Notes under the pieces: model-generated | Database searches by the model: none | The model's input: the letters and a program-made list of their open reading frames with translations, nothing else | What the model was told of the DNA's origin: nothing | Shown: in pieces, positions 39,058 through 50,298 of the stretch | Numbering within the stretch: position 1 is the stretch's first letter | Layout of the letters: each line of letters starts with the position of its first letter | Position numbers and translations under genes: made by a program | Origin: Gemmatimonadales bacterium | GTDB taxonomy: Bacteria; Gemmatimonadota; Gemmatimonadetes; Gemmatimonadales; GWC2-71-9 | Assembly: GCA_965249575.1 (NCBI GenBank) | Contig: OZ252244.1 | Location: 352,001 to 416,000 of the forward strand | Length of the DNA: 64,000 nt | Reading direction: 5' to 3'

Positions 39058-41016
39058 ATGCACCAATCCCTGCTCTACGCCGCCATCGCCTTTCCGCTTG
39101 CGACTGCCGGTCAGGCCGCCGCGCAGGAGCGAACTCGCACACCCGGCGACTTCACGTTAGGCGAACTGCTCGACGTCTCTTCGCCGGTGAGCGGTGCAGT
39201 GCCCGACTGGGCGCCGGATGGCTCCCGCATCCTGGTGAGCGATGGCAACCGGCTCACCACGGTGGATCCCGAGACCGGCGCAATCACCGTGTTGCCGGTC
39301 GAGAACCCCTCGGGCCCGGCCTATTCCCCTGACGGACGGTGGATCGCCTATACAGCGCGCGGGCTGAACGGGGGGCAGGAGTTGTGGCTCTGGTCGGTCA
39401 CCGAGGAGCGTGTCGCGCAACTCACCGACTTGGGTGTACGGCTGAACTCGTGGAGCTGGGCGCCGGACGGGCGCCGCATCGCGTTTTCGAGCATGCTGCG
39501 CGGCACGTTCGACATCTACACGGTCGACGTCCCGGGGGGCGCGGTCAGGCGGCTCACCGCAAACACGCGCTACGACGTCCAGCCGAGCTGGACCCCGGAC
39601 GGCCGGACGATCCTCTTCGTGCGCTTGGACGAGGCGTGGCGGAACCACGAGGTGATCGCCATCGACGCCGCCACCGGGGCCGGTGCTCGCACCGTGGTGA
39701 CCGACACGGATTTCTTCGACTACCGCGTGGGGGCGGAGTTCGGCCCGGCGCAGGTCTCGCCGCGTGGCGATCTGGTCATGTTCCGGTCGCACCGGAGCGG
39801 GTGGCTCAACTGGTGGCTGGTTCCGCTGGCGGGCGGGGAGCCCCGCCCCCTTGCCGCCGAGGCCGCCGACCAGAACGCACAGAAGCCGTTCCGGGGGTAT
39901 GCGCGCTTCTCACCCGACGGGCAGCAGGTCGTCTACACGTCGAATCTGAACGGCACCCAGGTGGTGCGCGTGGTCGCGGTAGAAGGTGGCGCGCCTCGCA
40001 CACTCGTCGCGCCGGAGATGGGTGTCGCGACCAACCCTGCCTGGTCGCCGGACGGTCGGCGCATCTCGTTCACGCTGGACGACCCGCGCCAGCCACCCGA
40101 CCTGCACGTCGTGGACGTCCCGGGCGGCGTTGTCACGCGGCTCACCAAATCCCTCGAGGACGAATCGCTCGTGAACGCACTGTTCACGCCCGAGAAGGTG
40201 AGCTATCCGAGCACCGCGGGGCTCACCATCCAGGCCTACCTCTATCGCCCGCCGGGGCCCGTGCCGCCGGGTGGCCACCCGTCGATCGTGTGGGTGCACG
40301 GCGGTCCCACGTCACAGTTCGACGACGGCTGGCGCGGGCACTGGCAGCCGCACTACTTCGTGAAGCACGGCTACGCCGTCCTGCTGCCGAACATCCGCGG
40401 CAGCTCGGGCTACGGGCTCGATTTCGAGAAGGCGAACCGCCGCTGTTGGGGCCGGTGCGACATGGAAGACCTGGTGGCGGGCGTCGAGTATCTCGAGCAA
40501 CTCCCCGACATCAACGGCGAGCGCGTCGCGGTGACCGGCACGAGTTACGGTGGCTTCATGAGCCTCGCGGCCACCACGTTCGCGGGCGGTGTGTTCCGCG
40601 CGTCGGCCGCCACGGTGAGCGGCTACGCCGACCGGCTCCGCTGGGCGGAAGAGGTCTACAACATCGCGGGCATCAACCTAATGGCGTACGACCTGGGCTG
40701 GGTGGAGGAAAACCGCGAGACCTACCGCTACGTCTCGCCCTTTCATCACGCCCGCGACATGGACACGCCGCTGCTGATAATCGGCGCCCCGGGGGACACG
40801 CCCATGCGACCCTTCGCCGACGAGGCTGCGCGCTGGTACAAGCCGGTGCGCTACGAGGGGTATCCCAACGTCGGTGGCACCGAGAGCCGGAAGCAGTGGA
40901 TGCCGCGCGTGCTCGCGTTCTTCGACCGGCATCTTCGGGCGGACCTCGAGGTCCGACCCCCGGAGGGGCACCTCGCCGCGGAGGCGGAGGCCACGGGGTC
41001 CACGACGCGGAAATAG
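39058..41016 (+). CDS. S9-family peptidase-like protein with PD40/TolB-type propeller
   Basis: Signal peptide, repeated W(S/A/T)PDG, VHGGP, NIRGSSGYG, GTSYGG nucleophile. Confidence 0.88.
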   Translation: MHQSLLYAAIAFPLATAGQAAAQERTRTPGDFTLGELLDVSSPVSGAVPDWAPDGSRILVSDGNRLTTVDPETGAITVLPVENPSGPAYSPDGRWIAYTARGLNGGQELWLWSVTEERVAQLTDLGVRLNSWSWAPDGRRIAFSSMLRGTFDIYTVDVPGGAVRRLTANTRYDVQPSWTPDGRTILFVRLDEAWRNHEVIAIDAATGAGARTVVTDTDFFDYRVGAEFGPAQVSPRGDLVMFRSHRSGWLNWWLVPLAGGEPRPLAAEAADQNAQKPFRGYARFSPDGQQVVYTSNLNGTQVVRVVAVEGGAPRTLVAPEMGVATNPAWSPDGRRISFTLDDPRQPPDLHVVDVPGGVVTRLTKSLEDESLVNALFTPEKVSYPSTAGLTIQAYLYRPPGPVPPGGHPSIVWVHGGPTSQFDDGWRGHWQPHYFVKHGYAVLLPNIRGSSGYGLDFEKANRRCWGRCDMEDLVAGVEYLEQLPDINGERVAVTGTSYGGFMSLAATTFAGGVFRASAATVSGYADRLRWAEEVYNIAGINLMAYDLGWVEENRETYRYVSPFHHARDMDTPLLIIGAPGDTPMRPFADEAARWYKPVRYEGYPNVGGTESRKQWMPRVLAFFDRHLRADLEVRPPEGHLAAEAEATGSTTRK

Positions 41017-41083
41017 ACGGCAGGCCAACCTGCGTTCAGCCAAGCGAGGTCGTCATGCGGGAAAGAATCTCGGAGGTGCTGCG

Positions 41084-42856
41084 ATGAAGCATGTCTTGAT
41101 GTCGGCGATCATCGTCGCGTTGGGCTTCGGACGGGTTCCGACAGCGTCACCCCAAGTCGGCGCTGCATCGGAGGGAGACGTCGTGATGGAGTTCCACGTC
41201 CTCGTTCCCATGCGGGACGGCGTGAGGCTCTCTACCGACATCTACCGTCCCCCGGGAACGGATCGCTTCCCAGTCATCGTCAACCGCACTCCTTACAACA
41301 ACAACACGCGCGGACTGATCGAGCGCGCTCGTTTCTTCGCGGGGAACGGATACGTGTTTGTAACCCAGGATTCCCGGGGGCGCCACGACTCCGAAGGAGA
41401 GTGGTATCCGTACACGACGCACGATGCGCTGGACGGCTACGACACGGTCGAGTGGGCGGCGAGCCAGCCCTGGTCAACCGGGGAGGTAGGCACCTGGGGT
41501 GGGTCGTATTCGGCCTGGAACCAATGGATGGCGGCGAGAGAGGGGCCAGGCCATCTGAAGGCCATGATCTCCATCGTCCCTCAGCCCGATGAGTTCAACG
41601 ACCTTCCACACCAGTATGGCCCGCTGAAGCTGCCGATGGCGCGGTGGATGCTCGGCATGTCCGCCAGAGTCAACCAGGAAGGCTCTGGCTACGACATGGA
41701 GAAGCTGTACTGGCACCTGCCGCTGAGCACGCTGGATGAGGCCGCCGGCCGACAGGTGGCTTGGTGGAAGGACTGGCTCGAGCACGATACGTATGACGAG
41801 TACTGGAAGAAAAACGCCTACATGAATAAGTACGCGAGCATAGACGTCCCGGTGTTGCATGTCGACGGCTGGTTCAACGACGACCTCTCGGGCTCGCTCT
41901 TGAACTTTGCCGGGATGAGGGCCCGGGGCGGCTCCGCGGAAGCGAGGGACTGGCAGCGGCTCATCATTGGACCCTGGCCGCACGGTGTGAACCGAAATCA
42001 GAAACTCGGCGACATCGACTACGGCCCCGACGCCATCATCGACATCCGCGCCGTCTATCTTCGCTGGTACGGCTGCCACCTGAAGGGTGAAGGATGCGAG
42101 GCGCTCGCGAGCGAGCCGCGGGTCAAATACTTCGTGATGGGACAGAACCGCTGGAGGGAAGCCACAGACTGGCCACCGGCAGGCGCCGAGACCATCGCCT
42201 ATTACTTCCACAGTGGGGGCGATGCCAACACGCTCGAAGGTGACGGGGTGCTGAGCACCGAGAAGCCGGGCGAAGAGCCGCCGGACCGATACCGCTACGA
42301 CCCCGCGGATCCGACCCCCACCATCGACAGTAACCGTGAGACACCGCTGGGCTCCAACCAGGACCAACGGCCGGTGGAGAAGCGAGGGGACGTCTTGGTC
42401 TATACGACGCCGCCGTTGGAGGAGCCGGTCGAAGTGAGTGGCCCGCTAACAGTGAAGCTGTGGGCATCGTCGTCCGCGGTCGACACCGATTGGGCCGCCA
42501 AGCTCGTCGATGTCCATCCGGATGGCTACGCTCAGAGACTCATAGAGGGAATCATCCGGGCAAAGTTCCGAAGCTCGTGGGAGAACCCCTCGCTGCTCGA
42601 GTCCGGTAAGGTCTACGAATTCGAGATAGACCTTTGGGCCACGTCGAACGTGTTCCAGGAGGGTCACAGGATTCGAGTGGAGATCGCTTCGGCGAACTTC
42701 CCCAAGTATTCGCGCAATCTGAATACCGGCAGGAACAGCGAGACGACGTCCGAAATGGTCGTTGCGGAGCAGGTCGTTCATCACGATGCGGCCAGGCCTT
42801 CGCACATCCTGTTGCCGGTCGTGTCCACCCCCGCAGAAACGAACGGCGGACGATAG
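41084..42856 (+). CDS. CocE/NonD family hydrolase (S15)
   Basis: PMRDGVRLSTD, RTPY, DSRGR, GGSYSA, GWFND, IGPWPH, YDPADP motifs. Confidence 0.92.
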   Translation: MKHVLMSAIIVALGFGRVPTASPQVGAASEGDVVMEFHVLVPMRDGVRLSTDIYRPPGTDRFPVIVNRTPYNNNTRGLIERARFFAGNGYVFVTQDSRGRHDSEGEWYPYTTHDALDGYDTVEWAASQPWSTGEVGTWGGSYSAWNQWMAAREGPGHLKAMISIVPQPDEFNDLPHQYGPLKLPMARWMLGMSARVNQEGSGYDMEKLYWHLPLSTLDEAAGRQVAWWKDWLEHDTYDEYWKKNAYMNKYASIDVPVLHVDGWFNDDLSGSLLNFAGMRARGGSAEARDWQRLIIGPWPHGVNRNQKLGDIDYGPDAIIDIRAVYLRWYGCHLKGEGCEALASEPRVKYFVMGQNRWREATDWPPAGAETIAYYFHSGGDANTLEGDGVLSTEKPGEEPPDRYRYDPADPTPTIDSNRETPLGSNQDQRPVEKRGDVLVYTTPPLEEPVEVSGPLTVKLWASSSAVDTDWAAKLVDVHPDGYAQRLIEGIIRAKFRSSWENPSLLESGKVYEFEIDLWATSNVFQEGHRIRVEIASANFPKYSRNLNTGRNSETTSEMVVAEQVVHHDAARPSHILLPVVSTPAETNGGR

Positions 42857-43017
42857 CGCGGAAACCTCTGCGATTCGGGAGGTCTCATCGGTAAGCAGCC
42901 AGGCCTTTCAGGTACACCGAACTGAGCGTCGGGCCCGAGAGGCGAAGAGGTCCTCGTCATTGGCACGGCCTGGATGCGGAACGCTCGATCCGCCTCTCCG
43001 CGGCCGCGGCACTGCTC

Positions 43018-43371
43018 TTGGTCGTGCCCATCGGCCTCTACTCCAAACTCTACAGCGGGATCGGCGCGCACTGGGTGAACAACCGGCTGGGTGGCGTGTT
43101 CTATGAGGTCTTCTGGTGCTTTGGCGCCCTCTGCCTCCTCCCCGCTGCCCGCCCCCGTGCGATCGCCGGTTGGGTCTTCGCAATCACCTGCGCGTTGGAG
43201 ACGCTGCAGCTCTGGCATCCGCCGACGCTCGAGCGATTGCGCGAGACGGCGATCGGGGCCACGATCCTCGGCGCGTCCTTCGACCCGTGGGACTTTCCGT
43301 ACTACGTGGTGGGCGCGGCGATGGGCTGGAGCTTAATGGCTTGGGTGCAGGGCGGTGCCGACCGCGGGTGA
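43018..43371 (+). CDS. DUF2809 family membrane protein
   Basis: GLYSKLY...GGVFYEVFW...ETLQLWHPP...LGASFDPWDFPYY. The likely true start (ATG 42974) is out of frame, suggesting a frameshift. Confidence 0.75.
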   Translation: MVVPIGLYSKLYSGIGAHWVNNRLGGVFYEVFWCFGALCLLPAARPRAIAGWVFAITCALETLQLWHPPTLERLRETAIGATILGASFDPWDFPYYVVGAAMGWSLMAWVQGGADRG

Positions 43372-43590
43372 TACCCGCGGTTCCTGGACTGACGTCCAGC
43401 CGCGAGATCTCACGTCCTGAGGGAGCCCCGCCGGTGGCACCGCGGGCTTCAGCCCGCGAACACGCACCCCGTCCCCGTCGTCTCGATTCGCACGCCGTTG
43501 AAAAACGGAATTTGCCGGTACATCCTTGATGCAAGGAACACGGGTCCAGTCGGCCCCTACGTTGAGACAACCAACGCGGAGACCAATCAC

Positions 43591-43836
43591 ATGGAGCATC
43601 GCTCAAAACCATTTCTCGCAGCCGTCCTAGGCCTCACAATCATTTCACTCGGTTGTTCCCCAGCGAAGGGCGCATGTGTCCGAGGGACCGGGATTACGCG
43701 CTCCTGTGGCAACGATTTCACCAGCGCTAGTTGCGGTCTCATCGGGGGGAACACCTTCTACGAGAATCTGACGTGCGCGGACGTCGGATTCACTTCGAGC
43801 AACCGGGTAATCCAGGGGAACAGCAATAGCCCCTAA
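43591..43836 (+). CDS. Small Cys-rich lipoprotein
   Basis: GGAG RBS, lipobox SLGC, four further Cys in a 60-aa mature part. Confidence 0.6.
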   Translation: MEHRSKPFLAAVLGLTIISLGCSPAKGACVRGTGITRSCGNDFTSASCGLIGGNTFYENLTCADVGFTSSNRVIQGNSNSP

Positions 43837-45088
43837 CCGGGCTTGTGGCACGAGGGCCTACTCTCCCATCCCTACGCGTCTCCTGAGCATCTCGCGGATC
43901 AGCTGGACGAAAGCGACACACGGAGATCAGCGCCGAGTCGTCACGCGCGAGGTAGAGAACTTCACGCTCCGGGTCCATGACCCAGTCCGCCACGGGGCCC
44001 GGAAGCGGCGCCACTCGGAATGCCGGCCGGACGCCTTCCCGGTCCAGAACGGAAATCGGCCCTACTGCCGTGTCAGCGAGCAGGCCGATCGAATCCCGAG
44101 CGAACATCGTGAGTCGGGGATACCCGAGCCACGTATCCTGGACCGTATGCAGCAGCGTTCTACCGAAAATGGTGTCGGCGGACCCATCGGGACTGACACC
44201 GATCTTGACCGGAACCGCCAACGCAGAGTCTTGATAGAATGCCGGCGGCCCCAATCGATATCCAAGCCATGGCTTCCCGTGCCCCCCGACCTGCATGTCA
44301 ACGCGGAGGATGTCTCCAGGATGGTACAACCGGGACTCTTGTCGGAGTCCATTGTCAGCGGAACAGTCGGCCACTCGCCAGTCGGCCAGTCGAGAGGAGT
44401 CTGGGACAGCCGACTCGCGCACCGAAACCTCGGCGACGGCCCCCACGCCCGCGTAGGTCGCCACTATCTGCGCCAGCCCAGCTTGCAGCGCCGTTACGTC
44501 TCCACCCGGGTCGACGCTGGCAACCGCCGGATGCAGCGTCGCCCACCGAGGGATTACATCGAGCGTGTCCCCCGCTTCATCCACGACTCGTGCGGTCAGT
44601 CGAGCCGTCTCTCCCACATCCATCGCGAGCTCTGTGGGCTCTACCGTTACCGCAACCCCTCCAATTCTTATCTCTAGAGGCAGGTCTCCCATGAGCGGGC
44701 GTAGCGTGAAACCCAGCGTGGGATTCTCTCCCTCTTCGACTGCAATCGTGGCCGACCCTCGATGGGTCTCTACGCCCTGGGCATCGAGTATCCGAGCGGT
44801 GATGGTGACCTCGGATCCCACGGGAATCGTAATGATTCCCGTCGCCCACCCGTCGTCATCGATCTCGAGATTGAATACAAGGGGAGATGCGAGGGTCGAT
44901 GCTGTGACCTCGACGATCACTCCCTGAACTCCCGCGATGCCGGAAACGTCCAGCGACACCGAGGTAGTCAGCTCATTCGACTGGTCTGTCGGGTCGCTGG
45001 TTACCGAGCAGGATGCGACGAACGACGCGGCGGCGAGAGCAACTAGTCTGGCGACGGCGCGGGGTTGGAGGATGCGATTCATCAGCAT
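43790..45088 (-). CDS. Lipoprotein with bacterial Ig-like (Big_2) domain; C-terminus appears truncated
   Basis: Lipobox VASC; VTVEP...WATLHPAVASVDPGGDVTA Big_2 motif; plausible protein sequence degrades after about 43925, at the start of a propeller-like blade. Confidence 0.65.
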   Translation of the reverse strand: MLMNRILQPRAVARLVALAAASFVASCSVTSDPTDQSNELTTSVSLDVSGIAGVQGVIVEVTASTLASPLVFNLEIDDDGWATGIITIPVGSEVTITARILDAQGVETHRGSATIAVEEGENPTLGFTLRPLMGDLPLEIRIGGVAVTVEPTELAMDVGETARLTARVVDEAGDTLDVIPRWATLHPAVASVDPGGDVTALQAGLAQIVATYAGVGAVAEVSVRESAVPDSSRLADWRVADCSADNGLRQESRLYHPGDILRVDMQVGGHGKPWLGYRLGPPAFYQDSALAVPVKIGVSPDGSADTIFGRTLLHTVQDTWLGYPRLTMFARDSIGLLADTAVGPISVLDREGVRPAFRVAPLPGPVADWVMDPEREVLYLARDDSALISVCRFRPADPRDAQETRRDGRVGPRATSPVRGYCCSPGLPGCSK

Positions 45089-45456
45089 GCCAGACGCTCA
45101 ACGGCAGCCGAGGCGGGAACCCGCTGATGGGACCGATCGATAGGCATTGCCGGCATCCTGGACGACATACGTCAGTGTGTAGCTCCGACCGGCGGGCCGC
45201 AAGGAGTCCTGGATGCGCAGCGACCTGTGTTGGAAACAGCCAAGAGCCGGCGCCTCTGGCCTGTCGCCGACCTCAAATATTACGCATGGGCATTGGGTAG
45301 TTGCTGGGCGTGTCTGACCGCGGATGAGACCCGCGACTCTCAGCCGCAACCAGCACGTCCTAGCCACCCGCGGACGCGGAGTGCAGTTTCAGGGACAGAA
45401 TAATCGGCACACGAATCCGACCCCGCGCTTCGCTCGGCGAATCAGAGAGGTGACCC

Positions 45457-46842
45457 ATGAAAACGCTTGCCCTATCGAGTCTCGCGCTCTTAGCCCTCAT
45501 GGCGCCGGCGAGCGCCCTAGCCCAGGCTACAGATCACGCGTCGCTCTACACGCCTGGGGAGCACTACAGCCGGAACATCAAACTGCTCTCCCACATCCCG
45601 CTGGGGCGGATGTTCACGGTGGCGGACATCGAGATCGAGCAGGAGCCGTCCCGCCCGTTCGTCTACGTAGCGCGCATGCACGGGATCACCAGCTCCACCG
45701 GGACCACCGTCATCAGCGTCAAGGACCCCGAGAACGCCAAGGTGCTCTACACCTGGCGGATCGAAGAGCCGGAGCTGCACCGCGGATACGGTGCTCTGGA
45801 CAACAAGTACTTCAAACACGCGGGCCGCTATTACGACATCCAGTCCGTTCAGATGATCTCGGGCAGTCCGAACTACGACCTGGGCGCCTTGGTCTTCGAC
45901 GTGACGGGCCTGCCCGACACCAGCACGTTCAAGGAAGTGGCGCGGATTCGCGCGCCGGACGCTCCGGGCGGCTTCCACAACATCTACGCCTACAAGCACT
46001 CCGACGGCCGGCCCCTGCTCTTCGCCACCACTATGGCGCCCTTCGCCAACATCTACGACATGAGTCGAGTCGTGTCCGGCGACGTTGCTCGTGCATTGAT
46101 CGGCAAGGTGCCGGTGCCTGACGAAGCATACGCCATGCGTCCCGGCCGAGCGTACCACGATTTTCACGTGGCCTATGACCCGGCCAGGCGGCGGGACGTC
46201 TTCTACGGCGGCGGGAGCGGCGGCTTCCATCTCTACGACGTCTCGCGACCCGAGGAGCCAAAGCTCATCACGTCCGGCATGGGCATCGCCGGCGTCCGGT
46301 CCGGGCACACGTTCACGCCCACGCCGGACGGCCGCTACGTTGTGTTGGAGACCGAGTACCAGTATGCCCCGCTCCGGATCTTCGATCTGAAGCCGGCATT
46401 GGACGGCGAGGTGAGGACCCTCAGCCGGCCCATCGGCGCATGGACCGCGCGCTGGCAGGGCCTGCCTCACAACCACGAGGTTCGCTGGCCCTACGTGTTC
46501 GTCTCGGGCTACGAGGACGGCTTCCACGTCTTCAACATGATGGACCCCACCAATCCCTACACCGTCGGCTTCTACGACACCTACGACGGGAAGCACCTAC
46601 GGGGTTGGGGCGGTCCCGACACGCCGGAGATACCGCGCTACGGCGTCTCGAACGGCTCCTTCGGCGTGGACATCCGGAACGCCGACGGCCTCATCGTTGC
46701 CAGCGACATGACCACGGGCTTTTGGGCGTTCAAGATGGACGGGTTCGACGGCTGGAACGGGCACCAGTGGGGCATGCCAAACATCTCGAGCGAGCAGGAC
46801 TGGGACAACGGGCCGGAAGGAGCGCCGGCGCCGGTGAGCTGA
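45457..46842 (+). CDS. Secreted His-rich beta-propeller (LVIVD-repeat-like) protein, paralog 2 of 3
   Basis: GAGGTG RBS, signal peptide ALA-Q; GGFHNIYAYKHSDG, YHD, GHTFTPTPDG, HNHEVRWPY. Confidence 0.8.
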   Translation: MKTLALSSLALLALMAPASALAQATDHASLYTPGEHYSRNIKLLSHIPLGRMFTVADIEIEQEPSRPFVYVARMHGITSSTGTTVISVKDPENAKVLYTWRIEEPELHRGYGALDNKYFKHAGRYYDIQSVQMISGSPNYDLGALVFDVTGLPDTSTFKEVARIRAPDAPGGFHNIYAYKHSDGRPLLFATTMAPFANIYDMSRVVSGDVARALIGKVPVPDEAYAMRPGRAYHDFHVAYDPARRRDVFYGGGSGGFHLYDVSRPEEPKLITSGMGIAGVRSGHTFTPTPDGRYVVLETEYQYAPLRIFDLKPALDGEVRTLSRPIGAWTARWQGLPHNHEVRWPYVFVSGYEDGFHVFNMMDPTNPYTVGFYDTYDGKHLRGWGGPDTPEIPRYGVSNGSFGVDIRNADGLIVASDMTTGFWAFKMDGFDGWNGHQWGMPNISSEQDWDNGPEGAPAPVS

Positions 46843-47050
46843 GGGACAGGCCCGGTCCCACTACGCTGCCCCGAGTGAGGAGTGAGCAGTAAGGAGGCTG
46901 CCGTGCCCCACCCCAACGCACACGGGAAGGGGCGGGAGGCCTGTTTACTCCTTACCCCTCACTGGTAAGGGGCGATGAGGGGAGACTCACCCGACTCCTC
47001 GCTCGGCGGGGCGGGGAGAGGACGGATCACCCGACACCTTGGAGCAACCA

Positions 47051-48436
47051 ATGAAGTCCCGCATCATTTCTGGCCTGGCGCTCTTGATGCTCGCGGCCGT
47101 CACGACCCCAACCCACGCGCAGCACACCGACCACGCGACGCTCTATCCACCCGGCGGGCACTCCAGCCGAAACATCGAGGTGCTGAGCCATCTCCCGCTG
47201 GGGCGGATGTTCACAGTGGCTGACATCGAAATGGAGCAGGAGCTTTCGCGGCCCTATGTGTACGTGTCGCGAATGCAGGGCACCACCTACTCCATGGGGA
47301 CGTCCGTCGTCAGCATCAAGGATCCCGCGAACGCCCGTGTGCTCTACACTTGGCGGATCGAGGACCCGGAGCGGCACCGGGGATACGGTGCCATGGACAA
47401 CAAGTACTTCAAGCACCGGGGCCGCTACTACGACGTGCAGTCAATCCAATTGTCGCAGGGCAGCCCGAACGCCGACCTCGGCGCGGTGGTGTTCGACGTT
47501 ACCGGCCTGCCCGATACGACCCAGTTCAGGGAAGCAGCGCGGATTCGCACGCCGGACACGCCCGGCGGCTTCCACAACATCTTCGCGTACAAACACTCCG
47601 ACGGTCTACCCCTACTCTTCGCCACCACCACCTCGCCGCATGCCAACATCTACGATCTCGGTGGAGTCGTGGCCGGAGAGGGACTGGCCAGCCTGATCGC
47701 GCGAATCGCGGTCCCGGATGCGCCCCCGACGGGCCGCGGAAGCTATCACGACATGTACGCGGGGTACGATCCCGCGACCCGTCAGGACAAGTTCTACGGC
47801 GCGGCCTGGAATTCCGGTTACTACATCTTCGACATCAGCCAGCCCGAGCAGTCCAAGCTCATTACCTCGATCACGGGGGTCGCAGGCGGTGGAAACCAGC
47901 ACACCTTCACGCCGACGCCCGACGGCCGGTACGTCGTCACGGAGATGGAGTACCAGTTCGCGCCGCTTCGCATCTTCGATCTCAAGCCGGGTCTCGACGG
48001 CGAGGTCAAGACGATCTCGCGGCCGATCGGTTCCTGGACGGCGAGGTGGCAGGGTCTGGTGCACAATCACGAGGTGCGCTGGCCGTACGTGTTCGTCTCG
48101 GGCTATGAGGACGGCTTCCACGTCTTCAACATGATGGATCCGACGAACCCCTACACCGTCGGCTTCTACGACACGTTCGACGGTCCTCATCTGCAGGGGT
48201 GGGGCGGGGTGAACAATCCAGAAGCAAACCGCGGCGGTATCGCTAACGGGTCCTCCGGGGTCGACGTCCGAAATGCGGACGGGGTCATCGTCATCAGCGA
48301 CATGACCACGGGCTTTTGGGCCTTCAAGATGGACGGCTTCGACGGCTGGAACGGGCATCAGTGGGGCATGCCGAATGTCTCGAGCGCGCAGGACTGGGAC
48401 AACGGGCCGGAGGGGGCGGGGGCGCCGGTGAGTTGA
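47051..48436 (+). CDS. Secreted His-rich beta-propeller (LVIVD-repeat-like) protein, paralog 3 of 3
   Basis: GGAG RBS, signal peptide THA-Q, same motifs as the adjacent paralog; same length (461 aa) from ATG 47051. Confidence 0.8.
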   Translation: MKSRIISGLALLMLAAVTTPTHAQHTDHATLYPPGGHSSRNIEVLSHLPLGRMFTVADIEMEQELSRPYVYVSRMQGTTYSMGTSVVSIKDPANARVLYTWRIEDPERHRGYGAMDNKYFKHRGRYYDVQSIQLSQGSPNADLGAVVFDVTGLPDTTQFREAARIRTPDTPGGFHNIFAYKHSDGLPLLFATTTSPHANIYDLGGVVAGEGLASLIARIAVPDAPPTGRGSYHDMYAGYDPATRQDKFYGAAWNSGYYIFDISQPEQSKLITSITGVAGGGNQHTFTPTPDGRYVVTEMEYQFAPLRIFDLKPGLDGEVKTISRPIGSWTARWQGLVHNHEVRWPYVFVSGYEDGFHVFNMMDPTNPYTVGFYDTFDGPHLQGWGGVNNPEANRGGIANGSSGVDVRNADGVIVISDMTTGFWAFKMDGFDGWNGHQWGMPNVSSAQDWDNGPEGAGAPVS

Positions 48437-48442
48437 TAGGGC

Positions 48443-48540
48443 GTTAGGTAGGAAGTAGGGGGTAGGGATCAGGTGTCAGGATGTACCTGGTAACACCTGG
48501 CACCTGGCACGTGACACCACTGCCACCATGACACCTGGAA
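48443..48540. repeat. Degenerate heptamer tandem repeats in inverted arrangement
   Basis: GTAGGRR/TCAGGTG units followed by CACCTGG/CACGTGA units, between the convergent propeller gene and thiC. Confidence 0.6.
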
Positions 48541-48626
48541 GACCGCTTCGAACCTGAGACCCGAAACCAATCACTACTGCTCATTGTGCTAGGAGCAGCG
48601 TCTCGCGCCTGATCGCCGGCTACGTG

Positions 48627-50153
<1,527 letters not shown>

Positions 50154-50185
50154 CTAGTGAACCGGTGCCGGCCGCGCCATGGGTC

Positions 50186-50298
50186 GCGGGTGTCAGGTGC
50201 CGGGTGTCAGGTGCCAGTGGCATCGCTTAGGACCTAGCACCTGACCCCCGAAACCTGACACCTAGTTCACCGATACCTGGCACCTGACACCTGACACC
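50186..50298. repeat. Heptamer tandem repeats in inverted arrangement
   Basis: GGTGTCA/GGTGCCG units, then CACCTGA/CACCTAG/CACCTGG-type units; same family as 48443-48540. Confidence 0.7.
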
